A DNA stretch of 64,000 bases from Octopus sinensis (lineage: Eukaryota): NCBI RefSeq assembly GCF_006345805.1, contig NC_043008.1, positions 71,920,001-71,984,000 of the forward strand, written 5' to 3'. The stretch's first letter is position 1; each line of letters begins with the position of its first letter. The translations under genes and the position numbers were made by a program. Under the pieces are notes generated by a model. The model ran no database searches. It saw nothing but the letters and a program-made list of their open reading frames with translations, and was not told where the DNA came from. This document shows positions 36,380 through 49,410 of the stretch, in pieces.

Positions 36380-37130
36380 GTCGCTTGCGTCTTCTTTAAT
36401 ATGACGTCTGCTTACCGATATTGGACAACATTTGATTAGACGCCACCGTCATAGTATGGTACCAATAAAACCCCTACATTCAATTCGAACCGGAAAGTGT
36501 ACAGCACCCCAACTAGCTTCAATACTGTCTTCCAGTAGCACCTCAAATTATCGTCTTTTCTTAATTGTCTCTATGTGCAACCTTTAATTCGACAAGATGT
36601 CTTAGGTTACGTTCCTCAGGCCATATTGACATATCCAACCCCTTCACTGTTGGTATTGAAAAGAGGAATTCAGACCCTACAAGCTCTGTTGCTGCTTCCC
36701 ATGTGACATCCCATTTCTTACTTTTCGTCTGGTTAGGATAGCTATCTTGAACTTGGCAGACAAACGTTATAGACCATTTACAGCCATCTTTCTGCGGTTC
36801 TTTGTCACCATTCGTTCCTTCCATCTGCTTCTTGGTGGCACTATAGAGAATTTTGAAGATCACATTGTGCCTCCATGTGTACATTTCCAACACCATTGAG
36901 CAGTAAGATAGAATATGCTTTACTGTGCTAACTTTTCCACATTTATATTTGTCCTCATTTACTACTTTCTGTCTCAGCAGATTGCGTGGGGTAGGCTATA
37001 TATCATAGGTGGTTTGAAGAAGGAAACTCAACCGCATGGTGCTCCACTTCCAGATCTCAACCCAACCCACCTTCCTTTCAATAACCTTTCCTTCCTACCT
37101 GGTTATCTGACCTTGCTGAGGGCATCAAAT
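36380..37130 (-). mobile_element. HERO-like non-LTR retrotransposon 3' part (CCHC knuckle plus restriction-like endonuclease)
   Basis: RKVGWVEIWKWSTMRLSFLLQTTYDI*PTPRNL, KCGKVSTVKHILSYC..YTWRHN, LDMSIWPE..RHLVELKV and SWGAVHFPVRIECRGFIG. Confidence 0.75.
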
Positions 37131-37559
37131 CAAATGCAGTTCCCGTTTCTTTGATTTATTTAGATATGTTTTGCCCATTATCGACCCCCATATATTTAAT
37201 GTCCTATGACATTATAACCTACTCATGTACATAGGTGTTTGACAAGATGTTACCGAGTATCTGTAATTCGTCTCGTATGTCCTTTGCAGATATCTCCAGA
37301 TGCCGTTTAAATATTATAGGGTACTTTTTCTTTAAAGTAAGCGCTTAAGTTTGTGGAGCTAAATACATTATATTGTATAACCCATATCATAAAATATAAC
37401 TATAGTTGTAACTGTCTTAAAATTATTGAAAATTTAGTATATCATTACTACACTTTTAATAAGCTGACCACCCAACACTCTGTTCCAGACTAGATAAGAC
37501 GGCTGTAATAGCACTTTCAACACACCCTACTTAATGCTGCTAGTCACAATTGTATCCCA

Positions 37560-37865
37560 CTGTTTAACTACTTCAGAGAAATAGGCACCCAAACTGTCCC
37601 TCACCGTGCCTTTTGTCCAAACGTTGCTCCCTGTAACTTTTAGTTGTTTCCCAAGCAGAAGCAAAACTCAGGGTTACTTGTTTTGAAGACGCTGGGAAGA
37701 TGGAGGCTGTTACAAGGTCTTGTACATCTTCACTTTGGAGCACAACAACAAGAGTATTGAAGTCAGAGAAACCAAATTTGAAGGAGATTATGGTTTCGTA
37801 CTTTTGAGAATTCAATAAATGTCTCATCTGAAAAAGTTTTTAAAATTCTGGAATGCAACTCGTAT
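37560..37865 (+). mobile_element. Mariner transposase 3' fragment with degenerate 3' TIR
   Basis: IGTQTVPHRAFCPNVAPCNF*LFPK corresponds to the HPPYSPDLAPCDFWLFPKL motif, and the segment ends in ..CTCG|TA. Confidence 0.6.
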
Positions 37866-38259
37866 ACGAAAACGATACTTCATCAGCACACCAGAGAACT
37901 GTCCTCCAAACATAATCAGACGCACAGAACTTACAAAGCCTTCAAGATTATTTCATTCTTACGGACAGTGGACATTCATTTCCATTGGGTTCTATATTTT
38001 AGCAAGATGATTTATGATTTTTTCCTGCACGAAGGAGATAATACGAAACCAACTGGGAATATGTTGCATTGCAGAGCAGTCTGTTACAACTCCTATGCAA
38101 CAAAGTGAATGTTAAACAATGATACTGATAATCGCCAGCAACAGCATCAGCATCACTACCGTTAGAAGAGTGATTACGATTTTAGCTGTGGAACTGTTGG
38201 ATACATGTACACGTATGTATGTATATGTACATATGTACGAATATATGTATATGTATATC

Positions 38260-38348
<89 letters not shown>

Positions 38349-38380
38349 ATTTGTATATATACACGCACACACATATACAC

Positions 38381-38465
<85 letters not shown>

Positions 38466-38884
38466 AAGTGTATATGTATATGTTGTATATTTAAAGGTAA
38501 ACACGATGGTAAACACAAATATACACACATACATACATATACACGTATGCACCTATAAGCATAGACATACATATGTGTGTGTACATATGTGTGTGTATAT
38601 ATATGTGTGTTTGTGTTTTTAGTATGATATGACAAAAAATAATAGACTACTCAATACTAGTTGACACTTAACCTGTTAAGATCTTAGTATTTGTTACCAC
38701 TTACTAACTGAACTCTGTGTTATCTCAAAATTATCAAACTTATAGATCTATGTTATATACTCACAATATATCTATCATGAGTCGAGACATTCATATTTTT
38801 ATGAATAAGATATAATATTTTAAACTCTTGTCATTGCTGTCTCAGATTTTGTGTTAAATTATGTCTGTATCTTTTATCGTTTAT

Positions 38885-39085
38885 TTGTTTCAGTCATTAC
38901 AAGGCCATGCTGGTGCACCACCCTGAAATTTTTTTAGCTAAATGAATAGACCCCAGACATTTGTTTTTAAAGCATGATACCTATTCTCTCGATCTGTTTT
39001 GCCGAATCACTAAATTACGTTGACGTAGACACACTAAAACCGGTTGTCAAGCTGCAGTTGGGGACAAACAGGACACAAATCCCTT
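38885..39085 (-). mobile_element. SINE 3' half (family related to 2391-2887)
   Basis: TTGTTTCAGTCATT..GGCCATGCTGG.GCACC...TTTTGCCGAA...GGTTGTCAAGC is the reverse complement of the SINE tail. Confidence 0.65.
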
Positions 39086-39130
39086 CGTATATTTGTTTGT
39101 ATATATATTTATGTGTGTGTGTGAGAATAA

Positions 39131-39390
39131 TCTATATATATAAAACTGAGAATGTTTGTCTGCCTGTCTGTCTGCCCGTATGTGTGTGTGTGTCCCTAAA
39201 ACTTGAGAACTACACAACCAATTTCATTCAAATTTTACACATGCCTTACTTAGGGTCCATGTAGTTTCATGGGCAAAACAAAATATTCAACTTCTTGCCT
39301 ATGGCGAGCCCATAGCAATATTATATCTTCACTATTTCAGTATTATGTGTTAAAAGTGAAACAAAAACATTTCTCTATTTTATGTCAGAT
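39131..39390 (+). mobile_element. Helitron-like 5' terminus
   Basis: A|TCTATATATATAAAACTGAGAATGTTTGTCTG(CCTGTCTG)..ACCAATTTCATTCAAATTTTACAC has the same style as the 5' end of the 3464-3847 element. Confidence 0.6.
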
Positions 39391-39936
39391 ATTAGAGATA
39401 ATAATAACAATTGAATTATATGTAGTAAGTAATAATTAAAATCAAACTAAAGTATAATATAATCGTAACATAATAAAAGTAAAAATAGCAACTGGTATAA
39501 AATTACATCAATGACTTGATAAGTGGTTTCACATGAATGGGAATAAATTAAAAATAAAATTAGTGTGCAGAAATGGAATAGTCCAGATGGAGTTGTGCAC
39601 ACACCTTTTACCACAGCTTTTGCATTAGGTTATCTGCTAAATAGCTAGCATTAAGTATCTATATGAAGTTTGGCTGTATGTAATGTCTGTTTTCTCGAAC
39701 AGCCGATTCTACTGAGTACTGCTGTTGGTTTCTTTCTTATACATAAATGACTATAGCTTCAACTGCGTACTGCTTTTTGATTCACCGTAAGGTTTGTTGT
39801 TATTATTATTATTGTTTAACTATTGTTATCACGTTTGTTGGCTCCTCGAAAAAGAAACGTTGTTGTGTTACATTTGTTAAATAATTGTAAACCGTAACCC
39901 TCCCCCTTTGGGAGAAGGAGCTTTTGTTATTGTTTA

Positions 39937-39978
39937 AAAATTGAATTGTGTCCCTGTTTGGGGACACAATTCAATTTT
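39937..39978. other. Perfect 18-bp hairpin
   Basis: AAAATTGAATTGTGTCCC-TGTTTG-GGGACACAATTCAATTTT. Confidence 0.95.
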
Positions 39979-40016
39979 GAAAATATTTTCACTTATACGG
40001 AAGCATTTTTGTTACC

Positions 40017-40500
40017 ATGCCTTCGATAGAAGAAAGTCCAAAAATGAATTTCGCTCCAGCCGTCGGCGGGCGCGAACTCATTAAATTTAAAATGGAAGAA
40101 ATACAAACCTATTTCGGATTGATTACCGACAAAGACGGTGAATCTAAGATAACACCACCAAACGAAATAAAAAATTAAATTAAAGAAAAGACTATTGTCT
40201 ATAAAGTATACAAGGTAGAGAAAAAAAATATTTGAACACCTGGAGGAAAGCACCATCGAAAAGTGTCTTGGTGCGACTATGAAAGATATCAAGTATCTAA
40301 CCAGAGGCGGTAAATTCACCACAATAGAAGCAAGGTTCGAGTCAACTGATCGTGTAAGAGAGTACTCAACTCAAACCTTGCAAAGTGGAAATATTTTATT
40401 TTACCTTTATATCTGGGACGTAGGACGTCCCGGATAAAAATTAAAAAATGTCCCCCCAGAAGTAGAGGTAGGCTGGATTGTACAAGAGGGAGGACAAGAT
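40017..40500 (+). pseudogene. Decayed L1/Tx1-like ORF1 (RRM-type) N-terminal part
   Basis: ATG at 40017. A stop- and frameshift-broken frame gives KEKTIVYKVYKVEKKIFEHLEESTIEKCL..KYLTRGGKFTTIEARFES and LYLGRRTSRIKIKNVPPEVEVGWIV, resembling L1/Tx1 ORF1. No ORF2 follows. Confidence 0.5.
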
Positions 40501-42720
40501 AGATACAATTGATCAAAATTGCAAGAAACGGTCCTACAATTCCAGTCTGTTATATATTTTGAGTATTGTTATCACTAGCGATATAACTTTGTATTTTGTA
40601 TTTTATGTGAAGATGTATGTATATAGATGTACATGTAATATGTACACACATATATATACACATATATACATGGACTAGCACTATGAGCCGGCAACGACAG
40701 GTGATAATGCTAGTATAATACTATTTGTAATATTACTTATATGCTTATGCTTACGACACCTGGTATCTTATGCTTTGATTGGTTGAAAGAAATATACATC
40801 TTATACTCAGAGAATTTAGAAAAATCCAACTAGAATTAAACTTCTCGATGAAGATCTCAAACACGGCTGTTGCTGAAAAATATTCAACTATATAGTAATT
40901 ATAAACAATAATCTTCTACAAGAATATATGAATTTAAACTCAGCAACTAAAAGCTGGTGTGAAGCGTTGGACCAAATGTTGTGATCTAGTATTAAAACTT
41001 GATATCCTTGATACCCGTTTTATATTTTTGTTGTATTAATCTTATGCAAAGTGAAGACCCGCGTGTGCATCCAGCGCATGCTAATATTTTGTATTTATTT
41101 GCAATTGTTTACCCATTTGAGATATTTTATCCTGGGAAGTATTATAACATATATTTGGTATTTCTTATAATAGTTCTCTAAATTCGCATGACTGCTATGT
41201 CTTTGTAGTCGTAAATTCCTGAATTAGAAAGCTTACACTTTCTAAATTAGCTTCTTAATCTGCTTAGTGACAAAATAAATATTGCTACATATTGTTTCAT
41301 CCTTTGGGTTTCATTTAAATCTAATATTCGTTCCTACCTCTATATTTCATAAGTGTTTTGTACTCTTGAAAAGTCATAAATTTCTACGTATTTCGTATTG
41401 TATGTCTTCTTTTTGTTTTAATTTTCTTTTCCTTCTCTTTCAATTATCATATCATTATATCAGTAGTTCTATCGCTGTATTTTACTTTAATTGCCAAGGT
41501 ATATATTTGCTTAATGTGATTTAACACCTCTTGTATATATATGTAAGGTATGAAGCAAGTCTTTATTATAGTTAACAGTGAATAGGTTGAGACCATCAAT
41601 ATACAAAAGCAGTTTGAATTTCCAACTGCAACATTTGTTTTCGTGTTGTATCTAGTTTAGCACCTTGGATAAAATTATTATTATTATTGTTATTGTTGTT
41701 GCTGCTGCTGCTGTTGATGTTGTTACGATTTCTTCAAAAATATAATAAAAGAAATAATTATTATTAATCCTATCAATGGTCACCAAAAAAGACTTCGTGT
41801 ACATAATTGACGAAAAAGCAATGTTCGTTTTCTATACAATCTACCGCAAGAGAAATGCAATGTACTTTACCTGTCCGTAACATACTCATGGCAAGAAAAT
41901 GCTTGTAGACATATTTGTTTATTGAGCTTAGTTGATTGACGAACTTATGCCGAACAACAGTTGAAATCTATAGAACACACCAAACTCCCAGATGAATCCT
42001 TTCAGTAACGCCACACCAGTTTCCTACGCATAAGAAAGAGAGACAAATTGTATGGATACAATAGGCCAACTACTAAGATAACCTACAAGAATGTTTATTT
42101 ATAATTCATACATGATGTAGCACTAAAGCTAATTGCTACACTATAGTGGTCACTGTGAGGTTTATGTAGATGTTATAATGGCCTCATGCGCGGTGTTGGT
42201 AAAAAAAGATGTCTGCTGAAGATCAAGCTGTTGGGATTAATTATCTATCAGAAATAACTAGAAGATTTGCATGGAGAGATACCTAGCTTAGGTAAATTCT
42301 TCCCATGAATATAACTTTTATTTACATCTAATCAAATGTCATCCTATATGGATCACAAAGCAGAGAGTACGTTAATGAAAGGTTATAAAACAGGCAAGGC
42401 AATGCTAAACTACAAAGTAGATCAGACGTATTTAGCACATTCAATACATAAACAATAAGTTTAACGTAATATGAGACGTAGATTTCTCTTCAGTTCAAAT
42501 AAGAAAGTGGTTAAAATTTGTTGTCCATCCATCGAAAATATAAATAAAAGGACTAGAAGAGCGCCACATACATAATAAACAAAAGGTAATTCACAAAATG
42601 TTTTAAGGGAGTGTAATGAATCAAGTAAAAAATAAATCCCTATATCAGAGAATCAATAAAATAGGAATCAATGGTGCACCGCTGCCAAACTGGGTTTATG
42701 TGTATATATATATGACGCCA

Positions 42721-42783
<63 letters not shown>

Positions 42784-42816
42784 TGTGTGTGTGTGTGCGT
42801 GTGTGTGTGTGTGTGT

Positions 42817-44440
42817 GTGGTGCCATTTAATTTAAGAACGCTACTATACTAAAGTTAGATGGTATTTTTAATATATTCAGTTTGTAAATTGTGAATTAAG
42901 ATGTATATCAAATTAAAGAATGTTTTAGGACCTTTAATGTGGTATATAATTTGACAACTTATTAATTTAAAATTAAAAATAAACATTATTCTGCGTAATT
43001 TACGTCGCCATTTAATTTAAAATCGATTTCCAAAATTACATCTTTTTGCCTTATTGACTAATATAAAGGTAGGGTAATCTTCATGCTGTTACGATTTTTA
43101 AGTTACTTGTGATGGGTTAGTTGTGATAGTTGTGATGGTTAAACGACAAAACTTAACACCAGAAACCAGAGCGAGGATCGTTCTTCAGCTTAGTAAGGCT
43201 GAAATGGTCATACAAAGCTATTTCAAACCAAGTCGGATGCTCTGAAACAGCCGTCTTCAATGCTGTCCTTCTTTATAAAGAAACAAATTCTAAAGAGAGC
43301 TCTCTACCAAGGCAACCAAGAAAACAAGAATGGATCGAGGCAATCATAGACTGTTGCTAAAAAAAATCAAATATGACCACTGTTGACATTTTAATAGAAG
43401 TTCGGCAAAAATATGGACTTATCATTGGAGTGCCCACCATTAAAACCGTCTCAAAAAATTTGGACTTCTAGGAGGAATCTCTCCCAAAAAGCTATACATT
43501 TCTTTAAAAATTCGACGCGCTCGAATACAAGTTCGCAAACGAGCATTTGAATTGGAGTCCAGCAGATAGATCGAATGTGTTGAGATCGGACGAGTCAACC
43601 TGTTCGGCAGTGATGGCAGGAACTATTTAAGAAGACGTATAGGTGAATAATATCATCTAGAATGCATCCGACCTACAATTAAGCACGGTGGTAGGTGTGT
43701 GATGCTGTGGGGGTGCATGTCTGGAATGAGCGTCGGTCCTATAATCCGAATCAAGAGTATTATGGATAGAAAGTGCTATCTAGAAATATTGGATAAGACT
43801 ATGCTTCCATACGCCTGAAACAATTTGGGCCGAGCTTGAACTTTCCAGCATGACAACGACCTGAACCACATTTCGCACCTCATCAGAGATTACATTAGGT
43901 ATAAGAGAGTACGGTTGATGCAGTTGACGGGGCAGTCGCCTGACCTAAATCCTATCAAAAATCTTTGGGAAAGTTGGGTAGAGCTGAGGCAAAGAATAAG
44001 GTTGATTTTTTAAAACTTTATTAGCCAAAATTGGGGAAAACCCCTCAGAAACAGTGATAAATGATATGAACTATACTACGTTTCACAGATGCAAAGCTGT
44101 ATTAAGTAATTTTGGATACCCAAAGAAATATTGATTGTGTGGGCTTATTGTTATCTCTTTCTTCTTGATCTCAAAATAAACTTTTTAAAGCAGAAAACAA
44201 AATGAAATTTTACAAATCGTTCTTGAATTAAATGGCGCTATAAATTACGATAATTAATATTTATTTTTGATTTAAAATTAATATGGTGATTTTATTCTGT
44301 AAAGTTATATATTATATTGAAGGTGCTAAAATTTTCTTTGATTTGATATATATCGTAATTCATAATTTACAACTTGAATATATAAAAAATGCCATTTTAA
44401 CATTAGTATATTAGCATTTTTAAATGAAATGGCGCCACTG
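42817..44440 (+). mobile_element. Full-length Tc1-like (DD34E) transposon with long IR/DR termini, transposase decayed
   Basis: About 210-230 bp inverted termini, each with two copies of the GCGCCATTTAATT motif; the right end is CACTG|TA. Translation gives SDES, KHGGRCVMLWGCM, TFQHDNDLNH and GQSPDLNPIKNLW (catalytic E changed to K). Confidence 0.9.
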
Positions 44441-44504
<64 letters not shown>

Positions 44505-45907
44505 ATATATATATACGTCTATATATGCAGACTTGGTTTATCCATCAGGGTCTTCGTAGAGGTAAGACAGAATTCTCCTATATTCACCGCCCGGAAACAT
44601 ATCTGCTTCTCAAACATTCACAGAATCCCTACATACCACCGATAACTTATCAGCTACTATTTCTAGCAAAGAACGTACATTCGTGTACATTCACGTGATA
44701 TATATATACATGTAAATCTTTTAAATCTGTGGCATGAATTCCCTCCCAATGAAATACCAGAAATGAACTGTAATTTACAGACTGCACTAAATACATTCTC
44801 TAGGATATTCTACTAAAAATTCCGAATCTACAAAACGAATCTTAGTGAAGCTAAACACTGAAGGTCTTCAGACTGTAGCGGTCATCCTCAAGAGAAGAAA
44901 AATCAGCTCAGTAAGCTGTTTAAACCAATCACGTACTGGTGCTCAACCAAATGATTGAAGCTACAAACGAAGAAAGTGATGAATTAATGTACAGATTGAA
45001 CAATATATTCTAATAAAATACTTCATCCGAGCAAAATGTCTGCCCAGACATTGCCGTTAGCTTAGTTTGTACAAGGCAGGTCTAAGAAACAGTTTGAACC
45101 AATAGAAATAGCCATCAATTTTCACTAAAACTAGATGGTATATGGCTCACAAAAAGGGGAATGTATTGCAAAATGTAGTCTGGCGTCTTCTTGACTTGAA
45201 CAAAAGATGAGGTGATTGTAGATAGAAAACACTTTCTCATGGTCCGAACCGATTAAGAACGACTTGGATTAAATAACAACCAGAACGGCAACACGAGAGA
45301 AAACAATAGGAACAGTTAGGGCAGTTCGTTTTAAAAAAATAATGGACCCTGATACCTAAATCAAATATTTCTAAAATAAAGCCACATAGAAAAAAACAGT
45401 CTATTAGGCCATACTTTGTAAGCTATCTTTCTAAATTGAACGAAACTCTAATAAAATACTAAAATAAATAGAAATTTAGCGATCAAAAATACAATTTTCA
45501 CCCGTCTGGTTTAAATAAACAGAGACATTGTTGAAAAAAACGAAACCTAGTCATGTGTGTATTGTAACTGATTCTTTCAATGGAGATGTATTGGGACTGG
45601 AGCATCTAATTGTGGGTGTAATCTTCCACCGATGTTCATAAAACCTAGAAACTGTCTACAGTAATCATCTCAACATAACAAAACGCAGTACACACACAAC
45701 ACACATATGTATGCATGTATGTATGTATGAATGTATATATATACATACGCATATATATATATATATATATATAAGTATGCATATATAAATTCACATACAA
45801 ACCCCCACATATATGTATATATACAAACATGTTTGTATATATCTTTGTAAATGTGAATACATACAAACATACATATACATACATACATACATATATATAT
45901 GTATGTA

Positions 45908-45941
<34 letters not shown>

Positions 45942-46289
45942 TTAAATATACATACATACACATATATGATATTTATGTTTATACATACACATGTACATAC
46001 ACACACACACGCACATGCACAAACACCAACAAAGAGATGTACAACCGCGCACACACATACACACATATATGTGTGTGTCTATACCTGTATACGCTGCTGT
46101 GTGCTTTATGTGTATATCTCTGTCTGTGTATCAGTGTACGTATATATTTATTGTGGCGCAACTATATAAAAAAGAAAATAACGGCAAAAAAGTATTTCAA
46201 GGAAGATAATGATTATAATAAGGAAAAACAGAAAAAAAAGAAGAGATAAAAGAGGAAAAATATAGGGAAGGATTATAATGATGAGAATA

Positions 46290-46787
46290 TTAGTGGCGAC
46301 GACGACAACGATGATGATGATGATGATGACGTTGAAGACGATGATGATGTGGAATAGGATGATGATTATGATGATGATGACGATGATGATGTTAATGGTG
46401 ATGATGACAGACAATGAGAAATTAACATGAACAGACAGACTGGAAAGGAGAAATACATCTATTTTTAGTTAACGTTGCTGTTAAAGGAACGGTAATGTTG
46501 CTGATAATATCAACGCCATCATCATCATCGCCGTCATCATCATTATCATCATCGTTGTCGTCGTCGTCGTCATCGTCGTCATTTTCATTACACCCCTCCT
46601 CATTCTCCCTCTTATTATGCTTCCCCCTCTTCCTCCACCTCCTGCTCTTCATCATCATCAACATAATCATATTGTTTGCAGTAGCACCAGGATTTGAATT
46701 AAAGCCGTGTCATCTGATCACATCATCGTCATCATTACTATTGCTGTCATGACAATTATCGCGAACATAACGAATATCCTCTTTGTC

Positions 46788-46843
<56 letters not shown>

Positions 46844-47350
46844 CGTCATCATCATCATCATCATCATCACCGTCGTCGTCGTCGTCGTCATTGTCATTTT
46901 CATAATTGTTACCATCATCACGTCAGCTTTAATATCTACAGTAATAACTTTCCGAGCGTCATCATCATCACTATCAGATCCACCAACACCACCACCAACA
47001 ACAACAACATCATCATCGTCATTGTCATCGTCGTCGTCATCATCATCATCATCATCATCACCACCATCATCATCATAATCAACATCATCGTCATTGTCAC
47101 CGTTGCCACTACAATCCCTTTACTTCTCATTATGATCATCAACACCATCATCATAATCGTCGCCGTCATCATCATCATTATAATCATCATCATCGTTGTC
47201 ATCATCGTCATCGTCGTCATCGTCATCATCCTTATTCTCCTCCTCTACTTCCTCATCCTCCACTCTGCCTATTCCTCATCATCATCAATATCATTGGTCT
47301 TACATTAACTTCATCATCACTTGTAATTGTTCTTATGTATTTCATCATCA
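46290..47350. repeat. Degenerate (GAT)n then (CAT/CGT)n trinucleotide tract
   Basis: Directly visible low complexity; it produces the poly-I/M/S/D ORFs in the track. Confidence 0.95.
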
Positions 47351-47379
47351 TAATCATTATATCCAAAACCATGCGCACT

Positions 47380-48840
47380 AATTCGATGTCCAAGTATCGT
47401 ATATCTATGGACTGACGTTGAACTGCTGATGCTACAGTTAGGATACTTCTACCTGTTTGCCGTTTTTATCATGGGATCGTCCTAATACGTTTTTCTAGCT
47501 TTTCCTCTATCCATGTGTTGAAATCTTTGGATTCCGAATGCACTTTTAACTACAGGGATACATTTTACCCGCGCTTTTCATAATCTCTTTTATTCAATAG
47601 CTAGGTCCTGTTACTTTTCTATTTTTCTATACTCCTCATATTAATATTTTCATCATTTGGAATAGTAAAGTCAATTATCTGGTACTTTCTATTCTCTTAT
47701 CTACTACTACCAAATCAAGCCTTCTCGCTTCTATTACTCTGTCAGTCTGAATGGTAAAGTCTCATAACATCTTGTACTTCTTACCATGTAGCACTTTACT
47801 AGGATCATATTCTTACCATTTTTTAGTATGTTCAAATCATAGCTCCCAGTGGGTTGCTCTCCCTAGATTGTCAGGTTTTCTTGTATACTTTCTGTCCCAT
47901 CATGCTACATTCATTTACTATATGAGTAACGCTGTTCTCTTTTGATTTGCATCATCTACATTGGGAATCTACTTGGTTATTGTCTATTTTGGCTTTTATC
48001 CAATTAGACCTTAATACTTGATTTTGTGCAGCTACAAACAAACTTTCTGTCTCCTTCTTCAGCTTTCCCTTCTGCAGCCATAACCATGTGTCGCTACTAC
48101 TATATGCAGAAGCTATCTTTGGGAATCTACCAGGCAACGCTTCCGCATGCCAGTTTGGTAATTTCTGTTCTTTTTTCTGGTTTTAAGTTCGATTAGTGTT
48201 TTTTGGTTTCCATATGTCTTACAGTGACTATCACAGATTTTAATGAAGTTTCTTCACTGTTACCTAAATAGGAGTCTACATCAACAGTAGCTAATTCCGC
48301 ACAGTATTCTACTGATATTAACCCTCATCCGCCTGTTTTTCTAAGTAGGTATAATCGTGCTACTCATGCCCTTGGTTGGAGTCCTCCATTCATATTGAAT
48401 TCCTTCCTAGTTCTTCTGCCTAGCTTTGCTAATTCAGTTTTTGTCAAATCTATAAAAACTGATGAGTATCTAAGTAATGATACTGTCCATGTATTTACAT
48501 CCTTCACTAAATTCGGACCATTTATCTTTGACTTCATTTGCTTCATCACCCTTCTGATGTACTCTTTTCAGTTTTCGTTTTCAGTTCTGTAGCTAGTACT
48601 CTTTCAGATTCTAATACTCTTAGATACTTATAACTCTCTCCTTTCAATGATTTTAAATGCCTGGCCATCAGCTAATTGGATGCCTTCCCATGACTAATAC
48701 TGCACACATACCTTTACCAAATTTACTGCCTGTATCTTTCTTGGAGGGTCTTAAAGTCTGCATTATAGAATCTATCTCGGTTTCCTTTCATTATAACTTT
48801 ATTTCAGCTTCCTTAGTACCGAGAATCGTCCGGAGGTCAA
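47380..48840 (-). mobile_element. R4/Dong-like LINE 3' part (RT C-terminus, CCHC, restriction-like endonuclease), decayed
   Basis: GPNLVKDVNTWTVSLLRYS..LGRRTRK, WLWLQKGKLKKETESLFVAAQNQVLRSNWIKAKID..SQC, and IIDFTIPND..KIEK. Confidence 0.8.
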
Positions 48841-49250
48841 GAGTAACAAGTGCACTTATTTTTTGCTATGCATGCTAAAATTATCACCACATTTATTCCA
48901 TTTTAGATGGAGAGTGCTTTCCATAGTATATGGGCCGTACCCATAAAGGTTATCTTTTGTAGTTCGCAGATATTGGAGTTACCAGATAGATATCCATATC
49001 TCCAAGGGTGAATTATTCAGTCCTCAATAAATGGCTAATAATCCTCCCCCACTACTTCTGCTCGTAATCAGATATGCATATATCATCAGCCGCTAAGAGA
49101 TATGCTCAACTAGTTAAGGTCAAACAAGTGACAAGCTAATCTGTGGTACTGAGCAGAATATTTGCTGTACCACATCTTTTATACCAAGGCAAATCAATGT
49201 ACACTTCCAGTTAGTTAAGATTTGAAGCCATGAGAGCCACTGCCTGGTAT
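48840..49250 (-). mobile_element. Non-coding repeat body joined to an R4/Dong-like C-terminal tail
   Basis: 48903-48985 encodes GNSNICELQKITFMGTAHILWKALSI*. The upstream 49020-49250 shows no coding signal and abuts the (AAT)n tract at 49255. Confidence 0.5.
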
Positions 49251-49258
49251 ATAATTAA

Positions 49259-49296
<38 letters not shown>

Positions 49297-49304
49297 TATT
49301 ATTA

Positions 49305-49356
<52 letters not shown>

Positions 49357-49377
49357 ATTATTATTATTATTATTACT

Positions 49378-49389
<12 letters not shown>

Positions 49390-49410
<21 letters not shown>

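Noticed and set aside
41850-42500. Gypsy integrase remnant
   Set aside because: Resemblance is only faint, and all frames have many stops with no diagnostic motif.
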